From Octopus sinensis (Eukaryota): DNA of 64,000 bases. This document shows positions 54,497 through 64,000 of this stretch, in pieces (the stretch's first letter is position 1; each line of letters begins with the position of its first letter). The notes beneath the pieces were generated by a model. The model made no database searches and was not told the DNA's origin. It was given only the letters and a program-made list of their open reading frames with translations. The position numbers and the translations under genes were made by a program. The stretch lies in contig NC_042999.1 of NCBI RefSeq assembly GCF_006345805.1, positions 138,756,001 to 138,820,000 of the forward strand, written 5' to 3'.

Positions 54497-54673
54497 GGTG
54501 AAGAGCTGGCAGAATCGTTAGTACGCCAGGCAAAATACTTAGCGGCATTTCGCCCGTCTCTTCGTTCTGAGTTCAAATTCTGTCGAGGTCGACTTTGCCT
54601 TTCATGTTTTCGGGTAGGATAAACTAAGTACCAGTTGAGTACGGGAGTCTATGTAATTGCTGGCCTTGTGCCA
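54497..54673 (+). mobile_element. S1 SINE, diverged
   Basis: Head and core recognisable. Confidence 0.75.
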
Positions 54674-54711
54674 GCAATTACATAGACTCTCCAAAGACTC
54701 TCCATAGACCC

Positions 54712-56222
54712 TCCAAAGAGTGCACCATTGGCTGCAACTGTCTGACTTCTGCCCTTTAAAAAGTCATGCAGCCACTCTCCCAGTTTCCCAGTGATACCAA
54801 GGTCACGCAGTTTGTGATATGTCATCTCATGATCAATTTTGTAAAAGTTGGCAATGTCGAGATATATCCCCTTCTTCACATTTGAGTGGTTGAACTGCTG
54901 TTTCAGTACCCAGTCATAATGCTGTATCAACCGTATTAGGACAATTAGCCCTATAGGACAATTCCCTCGACGACAACAACCCCCTAGGAAATTACCCCAT
55001 CTGTTTTCCTCAGGAGTAATTGTCCTGGTGGGGGGAATTATTGTCCACGATGTGTGTGTGTGTGTGTGTGGGGGGTAATTGTCCTAGACTCGTAGCGACT
55101 GTGTGAAGCAGCTCCTTCCTGGACGGAAGTCATGTTGTGTGTGTTTGCGCGAGCAAGTTATTTTCTTCCAGGAACGTGATCAGCCACCTTCTGACAATGC
55201 GTTCCATAACTTTGCTAGTGTGTGAAGTCAGAGAGATAGGTCTGTAATTTTTAGCATCTCAGTTTGTGTTTTATTATATTTTCTTTTAACATTTTGGGGA
55301 GTTTACCACACGTAAGGAAACTATGAAAAAGTATCTGCTGTGGTTTTGCAAGAATTTTCCCGCATGTTTTTAGAAGAACAGTCGGGAATCCATCTGGGCC
55401 CGTTGTTGAGTTCGAGTTAATCTCAATGATGGCTGATATTACATCTTCCTCTTTTATGCCGATGTAATCGATGGTTGCCTTTTCTCCATGTAGATTTGCA
55501 GTGATGAAAAACTCATCAGGCTCGTTTATTTGCATATTTCCCAGTGGAGAGGTGAGAATACTTTGGAATTGCTTACTTAGCACTTCATTTATCCTTCTGG
55601 GGTTTGCAATTCGTGAGCCGTCTTCGTCAAAGAGTGTCCCTATCTTTTAGTGCACCGAGGCAGATTCTTTCACAAAGTTGTAGAAGGATTTAAGATTCAT
55701 TTTTATATTTTCCACTGCCCTAGTTTTTCTTTCTACCCTTTCCGTTTCATGGGGGAATCTGAGTTCATTTTCGATATCTGAGAATGCCTCTTTGAGGAGG
55801 GATTTCTCGTTGTCATTAATTTGTTTATTTAAGTGATTGGAAATCTTCACTCTTCTGTCTCAGAGAATGTTTTTTTATGTAATAGTTCTCTTTTCTAGGA
55901 CAAATTTAATATATATGACTCGCATTATTGACATGTATTCTTTTTATATCAATGTCTTGCATAGAAAGACATTTAAGCCAATTTTGCTGGAGTAGCTGTT
56001 TTTCAATTGATTTCCAGTAAAATTCAAACTGGATAGAGTTTGGGTACCATCTCTATAGAATACATCTTTGATTAATTTTGGACCATACATCGTCATTTCT
56101 ATCATGTTGTGCTCTGAGAAAATTATTGGTGATATCTTTGCAATGTGGTTAGGTTCTATGTTGTTCAAGCAGGAATCTAAGATGTTATTGCATCTGGTTG
56201 GGGAGAGTATGGTTTGATCCAT
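54712..56222 (-). pseudogene. Decayed CR1-group LINE ORF2 (end of APE domain to RT)
   Basis: PTRCNNILD...SEHN (APE end), STTGPDGFP..LLKTC, FRPGRSCFTQ and GIYLDI...LRDLGITGKLGEWLHDFLKGRSQ. Stops, deletions and a nested insertion. Confidence 0.8.
54931..55090. mobile_element. Small IR-bounded element nested in the LINE RT region
   Basis: TAGGACAATTAGCCC (54937-54951) / GGGGTAATTGTCCTA (55072-55086), 14 of 15 match. The LINE reading resumes on both sides. Confidence 0.5.
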
Positions 56223-56288
56223 GAATGTATGTATGTATGTATGTATGTATGTATGTATGTATGTATGTTTGTATGTATGTATGTATGT

Positions 56289-56323
<35 letters not shown>

Positions 56324-57093
56324 CATGCGTGCATATGTGCATGTATGTATATATGTATGCATGTATGCGTATATGTGTGCGTGTATATTTTAGTTGTTTT
56401 ATAGTTGTATAGTTGTATGTTATAACTTAGACAGGAAGAAAGGGGCTGCATGCTATGGTCACATGATCTACAGCAGACTAGAGATGATGTTACACCTGAA
56501 CAAAAGTTTGTTAACTATCACAAACACAGATTTTTTAGGCTGATACGTGCGTATGTAAGGGTGGGGGAGACAACGCTGTTTTTTATTCACCTATATTACT
56601 CCCAAGAGATATTCATATAGGTACTCGTGTATTTGTCTGCGTGTGTATATGAATGCGTGTACATGTCTCCATGCATTTGCGCATATATGTATAGGTGTAC
56701 GTATTTGTATATATGCATGTAAGTGTGAAGTGTGTGTGTGTGTGTGTGTGTGTCAGTGTGTGATATGTGTGCGAGTGTGTGTCTGTAGGTATTTAAGCAT
56801 ATCTGTGTATATATCTGTATGTTTATGTATATGTATATGAAGGAAAAGAGGAAAGAGAAACATGATATAAATCTAAATATAAAAAAGAAAATAGGTGAGA
56901 TGGTGATAAAAGCAGTGTTGAAAACAGTAAAAAGAAATGGAGAAAAGAGAAGTGAAGATGGGATGGGTGGGGGAGGAGCCAAAAAGAGTGAAAAGATAAA
57001 TGGTTTGTTACTGATAGAGGGATAATAAAATAAGCAAAGAAATACAAGGGAGAAGCATCAACTAAATCTGCGCCAAGTATACTGTAGTTGTGG

Positions 57094-57620
57094 AAAAGAA
57101 ATGACACATTGAATAATGTAGTCCGAGATACACGACATCTAATAAATAAGAACAGAATGAGGCACCTTTGATCATAGGTACCTCAGTGCCAAGGCTGCCT
57201 CGGGCTAAATAATAACAATAAAGAAGAAAAAGAAATGACACATTGAATAATGTAGTCCGAGATACACGACATCTAATAAATAAGAACAGAATGAGGCACC
57301 TTTGATCATAGGTACCTCAGTGCCAAGGCTGCCTCGGGCTAAATAATAACAATAAAGAAGAAAAAGAAATGACACATTGAATAATGTAGTCCGAGATACA
57401 CGACATCTAATAAATAAGAACAGAATGAGGCACCTTTGATCATAGGTACCTCAGTGCCAAGGCTGCCTCGGGCTAAATAATAACAATAAAGAAGAAAAAG
57501 AAATGACACATTGAATAATGTAGTCCGAGATACACGACATCTAATAAATAAGAACAGAATGAGGCACCTTTGATCATAGGTACCTCAGTGCCAAGGCTGC
57601 CTCAGGCTAAATAATAACAA
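57094..57620 (+). repeat. 134-bp tandem repeat, ~3.9 near-identical copies
   Basis: ATGACAC recurs at 57101, 57235, 57369 and 57503. Confidence 0.95.
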
Positions 57621-58096
57621 GCAAGAAGGAATGAAATAAATTGGGACAAAATAAATAACTAAAACAATAAAACACAAACTGAGTACTTAGAGTCATATAG
57701 GGGCTCAAAGTGCAGATGTAAAAGAACTGCTACTGCGAACTCCAAATGGCCTAGATATATCTTGAAAGCTACTCCCGACATAAAAGATAAGCGCCAATGC
57801 TGACCGGACCAATTGGGGATCTAATGTACACCACCCTGTCCAGGAATTGAAACCAGGAGCTCGCGATCATGTATGCAACACCCTAACTACTAGGTCTTGC
57901 TTCCTAGGGGTGAGAATATACATATTCAGTGTAGACTGACAGAACTGTTAGAGTGCAGGATAAGATGCCTTTCTGTATTTGTTCCGGCCCTTCATAGCTG
58001 GAGTTCTAATCCGGCTGAGGACAACTTTACCTTGTCATCCTTCTGAATCGATAAAATAAAGTACCAGTCAAGCAAGCGCTGGGGTCGATATAATCA

Positions 58097-58157
<61 letters not shown>

Positions 58158-58203
58158 GCCCTATGTCTCTGTCAGAAGCGATTATTATTATTTTTGAAGT
58201 CAA

Positions 58204-58413
58204 AGCAGCGAGTTAGTAGAATTGTTAGCACGCCGAACAAATGCTTAACGGTATTTCGTCCGTCTTTACGTCCTGAGTTCAAATTCCGCCGAGGTCGACT
58301 TTGCCTTTCATCCTTTCGGGGGTCGAAAAAATAAGTACCAGTACTAGGGTCTATGTAATTGATTAGCCTTCCCCTCCCACCAAATTTCAGGTCTTGTGTC
58401 TATAATAGAAAGG
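58204..58413 (+). mobile_element. S1 SINE, tail beta
   Basis: Head, core and tail recognisable. A more decayed copy lies at ~57920-58098. Confidence 0.8.
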
Positions 58414-59002
58414 TTTTTTACTTTTTGAAGCCGAAAATATTTACTAAGAGGCCTCAAGTTACTCTCTCACACAGACACAGGTACGCAAGATTTTGTATAA
58501 TGATACATCTCCCTTCGAAAGTTCACTAACTGAGTAGAAATGTGTATTTATTGTTTAAATCAGAGCATAACGTAAAAGTACTAAACCAATTAAATTTTAA
58601 TGTTTTGCATTATGGTATTTATGAAAAGGATTTTTTCCTGAACTCAACTTCATTGTAAAGCATAAAGTGAAAATTCAAATCCAGTAGAATTGAAGTTGTT
58701 TGTTCTTTTTTTGTGCGATTTTTTGTATTTGTTTTACTCCATCAACAACAGACAAGTGTTTCGGTATCTTTACATCGCATCAGTACGTCAAGTTTTTTTC
58801 ATAGGCAGGTGTTCAGGATAAAAGTAGATTGAACAGAGGTGTAATCAAGAGAACGTTTCGTCCACCAAACTGGACTTTTACATGTTTTTCGGCAGGAATG
58901 TTCATCTAAGCTTTAATTTTTTCTTTGTATAGATGAAAACATCTATTGTGCCGTAAAGGATACGTATAATATAAACACACACACAAAAACGCATATATAT
59001 AT

Positions 59003-59075
<73 letters not shown>

Positions 59076-59865
59076 TATATATATATATATAAACATATAT
59101 ATATATATATATATAGATATATATATACACATATAAATATACATATATATACACATATATATACATATATATATACATATATATATATATATACACATAT
59201 TATATATACATACATATACACATATACATACTCACGCACCCACACACATATTTCGTTTGTAGAAGTACATAAGTCCAGAGGAGAAGCACACTCTAAGATG
59301 TAGAGCGGCTAATATCATAGTGGGGTAGGCACCGGCCTGCCCCACTATATTATATATATACACACGCTCATTCATATATGTGTATATGTGAGTATACATA
59401 CCTTAATACACATAGACATACACACATACATGCACACACCTTCACACACACACAAAGAGACATAGATAGATAGATAATCTCCTCAAGTAAGGAAGTTGTA
59501 TGAAAAGTAGAGGAATTAAATGAAGTCAGAAAATATACTTAAACAAACACAGAAAGACCGACAATGAAACAGGTGGGCAAAATGAAGTAGGAAAGAATGG
59601 AAAAGGTAAAAAACGGAAATAAGATCAGGGCGAAAAAAAAAGGGACAACTCTTGACAAGACGATAAATTAGGTTTTTTGAGTCTTTCTATAACACACACC
59701 ACGGCTTTTACGAATTGTGTGAATGTATGTCTCTTTGGCTGTTTAGAAGTGTATGTGTGTATGTATGCACGTATATATGTGTATGTATGCTTGTGTGTGA
59801 CTGTTTGTGTGAGCGTACTGTATGTATGTATGTATGTATCTATGTATGTATGTATGTATCTTTCT

Positions 59866-60178
59866 ATCTATCTTTTACTTGTTTCAGTCACTGGACCGCG
59901 ACAATGCTGGAGCACCTCCTTCGAAGGTCCTTAGTTGAAAGAATTGATCTCAGTAATTACTTTTTTAAAGCCTGGTACTTAGTCTATTGGTCACTTGTTT
60001 CGAACCGTTATGTTACACGGACGTAAACAAACCAACAAGGTTCTCAAGCAGTAATAGAGAATAAACACAAACACAAAGACACACACACACACACGCACGC
60101 ACGCACACACACACGCACACATAATGGGCTTCTTGCAGTTTCCGTCTACTAAATCCACTCACAAGGCTTTGGTCATCT
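59866..60178 (-). mobile_element. S3 SINE, 5'-truncated
   Basis: Homologous to 13590-13860. Confidence 0.7.
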
Positions 60179-60879
60179 CCCCACACCCACACACTAGTTT
60201 CAAATAAGAGTCTGTAACATTTGTATTTAGTATGCAAAATGCTTCCCTTAAGTATTTCATATCAACTATTGATAACTATAACCAATATCAATATATTACC
60301 TACTGTATATATGCATTCATGCATGCATGCATGCATACATACATACATACATACATACATACATACATACATACATACATCATACATACATACATACCTG
60401 TGCAATATATGTATCTTACCTTCACTCACAAACATATACAGAGAGAATGAAAGAGTGAGAGTGAGTGAGAGAGAAAAGAGAGAAAAAGAGAGATAAGGAG
60501 AGAGACATACTCACAGATTTATATATATACTGAGCAATCTTAGTATTGCCAGCTGAGTAGAATATATATAGCGGATGAGAACTGGTAACTGAACATATCC
60601 GTTGCTTTTATCAGATGATTAGAAAACCCAGATCCACCCCTATTTGCATTGTTTATATTTTCCAAAAATCCCAGTGGACAGATCTTACCGAATTATCTTC
60701 CATGTTTGTTGTTTTTAGAATTTAAACATACCTAGAGAGATCATCGCCTACCAAATGCATATATAATATTATAGGAAGTTTTTCAACTCCCTATATTACC
60801 TATGTGAAACCCAGCAATATTTGTATTTAGTATGAAGAAGAGCGCTCCCATGAGGTATTTCCTATCTTCTACGTTTTTT

Positions 60880-61915
60880 TTTTCGTCCTTGTTTTCGTAT
60901 ACATTCGCTGCTTTCTTCCAAGGAATGTAATGCTCTTAGCTTAGTTTTTCCTTGGGGCTGGCCAGATTGGAGCAATCTCTAGTATAACCAGCCGAAATTG
61001 CAAAGATAATCTGGAACTCGACTGAAGAAAGAAAACTCCGAATGACCGTCCTTGTTTACTTTGTATCGTCTGTCTGAATGTTCTGTTGTCCCTTTTTTGT
61101 ATCACCTAACTGTCTGGATGTTTTGCGTTCTTGACCCATTTTTATATTTTTTTAAGATATAAAAATATAGCGGCGTACGTACACTTTGGTCTCTTATATG
61201 TAAGTATATATATATATATATATAAATTTTGTACGACTATTATTCTTTCATTCTTCCCTTCTTTCTATCAGCCCCTTCACACTTACTTCGTTCATTCCCC
61301 TCTTCGTTCTTTCGTTCCCCCTCTCTCACATTTCCTGGCCGTCTCTTTATGCTCACCTTCCCTCCTCTGTCACTTCACTCTGTCCCTTTCATTTTTTCTC
61401 GCCCCTCCTTAATTCTTCTATCCCTCTGCGTCTACCTCTCTCTTCTCTCCCCACGTGACCGGTGTTCAGCCAAACCTGACCTTTCCTTCTTGGTTCGACT
61501 ACCATCCTTGCAGCATCTATATTCTTCCCTGTGCCTGTCAAATCATATGACCCTGCCGTTAGGCTTTACTTCTACACACCTCAGCTTAATTTAATTCGTC
61601 CTTAGTCGAAAGACAACCGTTGTTAATGTCCAGTTATTTGTATTTGTGTACCATTTCTCCATTTTTCCCGTCCTTATTTTCGAATACATCCACTGCTTTC
61701 TTCCAAGGAATCTAATGCTCTTAGCTTAGTTTTTCCTGGAGCAATCTCGAGTATAACCATCCGAAATTGCAACTCTGATCCAGTTAACTCATATCGTCTC
61801 TGATGAAGGGATATCCATAATATCCCAGAAACAGCTGTAAGATTGCCTTTCTCTTTATAAATTCCTATAAATTCCACACAGCTTTGGTTTTGTTGTCTAA
61901 TTTTATTTAACACAC
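60880..61915 (+). repeat. Two partial direct copies of a Penelope-type terminal repeat (family C)
   Basis: Shared block TTTTCG(T/A)ATACAT..GCTGCTTTCTTCCAAGGAAT...CCGAAATTGCAA at ~60890-61005 and ~61675-61772, each followed by a CTGAnGA core. Pyrimidine-rich spacer. Confidence 0.5.
61796..61843 (+). ncRNA. Type I hammerhead ribozyme motif (family C)
   Basis: GTCT-CTGATGA-A-GGGATAT ccata ATATCCC-A-GAAAC AGCT GTA^AGAT. 7-bp stem II, palindromic stem III ACAGCUGU, predicted cleavage after 61839. Confidence 0.8.
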
Positions 61916-61927
61916 ACACACACACAC

Positions 61928-62345
<418 letters not shown>

Positions 62346-64000
62346 GTTAGAGGAGATCCTATAAAAGACCAAGGCATATCAAAGTGAAGCACGCCACAAT
62401 TATTGGCAAGACAGAATGACGCAAATCAGACATTAAGTAATCCATTATCATAGCATGGAATAGATCAATGATGCGTTCACTGCTGTTTGGTAATACGTTA
62501 TTCCAATAGTAATTAAAAATATCCAAATATGAATGGCGTAAAAACATAATAAAACAAACGAATGGGTTATCTGGTATTGCAACACATGTTTCATTAAGAG
62601 TATTTATATTAATGTAAGCATAGTACATTTAGGTATGCTGTATGCAAAACATCTATAAGATTATGTAATACGTTACACAACTGTAAACACATCAGGCTTA
62701 ACAAATATACAAGCTAGCTGTGATATGTTGATTAATCAACAGGTTATCAACAACTAAAATTTCTAATCGGAATTACCAATATTCAAGAAATGTAAAGTGG
62801 ATGGGATTATAATCTGTCAGTCATAAGGGTAGTCAGCAGAGTGAGGTTGTAAATTAGTGGAGGCATTTCTGTTCTAAAGATGCCACTAAGCGACTTCGCT
62901 CATAAAGGCTGGTACTGGCAAAACAGGCTTGTATACTAGTAGAGAGAAGGCATTAAGCATAACATATGACCATATCAAAACATATTTGATGACAGTTGCC
63001 GTCGTTAAAAAAAAAAATACATAACATGAACTGCGTTACTTTGTTCAGTACATTAAAGGAGCAACATACAATACAAATTCCTTAGTTACTATAATTTATT
63101 AGTTCTTTTGCATATTCTTAGTTTATGCATGTGTATGCAAATATAGTATTGGTATATCCCATTTATATTTCGTTTTTGGATTTGGTTTGCAAGATTCTTT
63201 ATATGAGTTCGTGTGTTGAAGACTATTGAAAAGGTTGCAAGACGCAACGAAAATTTTAGGAAAATAAAAATAAGTGGAAATTTTACCGGTGAGTGTGTTA
63301 CATTATAAGGCACAAAAAGAAAATTACTCTCTCCGGACACAACATAATATGACTCTCCTCAGACACAACAGAATATCCCATTTATGTTCATTAGAAATTA
63401 AATAAATAAAGAATTTTGACATGTACGAATATACATTTCCCCCCACAGTTGTTAATAAATTCCAGCTACTTATTTATTTACTTAACTCCTTTTGATTAAA
63501 ATGCCCGATTATCATTTTAGAACTAACAGAATACTAAGGGAGATTCTGCTAATTATAATTCGGGGAAATTAACTGAAGGAAAATCGCAGAGAATAGCGAA
63601 GGCCTCTGCGAAATTTCAGGGGAGCAGGAGGGAGAAGAAGAAGCTGCAGGAAAAAGAAAAGAAAATAATTAATATATAGAGTTAGCCATAATCGCTGTTG
63701 AAGTAATAATAACCTATAAATAATTAAATAAACACAGCATAGGATGAATCTAAAAAAAGAAGGTGGTCAACTCATTGACTGGGAAGATGGTACTGGTATA
63801 AACAAATAAATGTCGAAATTTAGGGAGATCAGTTACATAGCTGTAATATAAACAAGAGTTGAAAGGCCAGAAATAATGGAGAAGGAAAACAGAACCGATA
63901 TTCCCAATAACTATATATTTTTATTAATATTTAGTAAAAGCAACAGAGTGACTGAAGGGTCGAGTGTTATACGCTTTGGCACTCGTGAGTACATGTGTGA

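Noticed and set aside
57094-57620. CRISPR-like array
   Set aside because: Whole 134-bp units are identical with no variable spacers, there are no cas genes, and the context is eukaryotic.

Overview
AT-rich, repeat-saturated eukaryotic DNA. The SINE families, microsatellite load and LINE set suggest an octopod/cephalopod genome (inference). No host protein-coding gene, true tRNA/rRNA gene or CRISPR array can be supported, and most listed ORFs are microsatellite translations. Recognisable content: tRNA-derived SINEs of several families; non-autonomous Helitrons (4 copies, 2 families); a full-length decayed mariner; hAT- and Merlin-type MITEs; RTE and CR1-group LINE fragments; a nearly intact R4/Dong-type LINE (RT + restriction-like endonuclease) inserted in (TAA)n; and a 5'-truncated Penelope-like element (GIY-YIG) forming a 4.6-kb palindrome. 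The most notable signal is a set of type I hammerhead ribozyme motifs in at least four unrelated repeat families (26.1, 31.8/35.1, 49.5/53.9 and 61.8 kb). All share CUGAnGA plus an extra A and a palindromic stem III. One family has a tRNA-derived Pol III head, then (AAT)n, then a hammerhead tail, and sits in the same head-to-head inverted layout as the Penelope element. This suggests a Penelope-mobilised, ribozyme-bearing SINE (inference). All family assignments come from motif recognition, not database searches.
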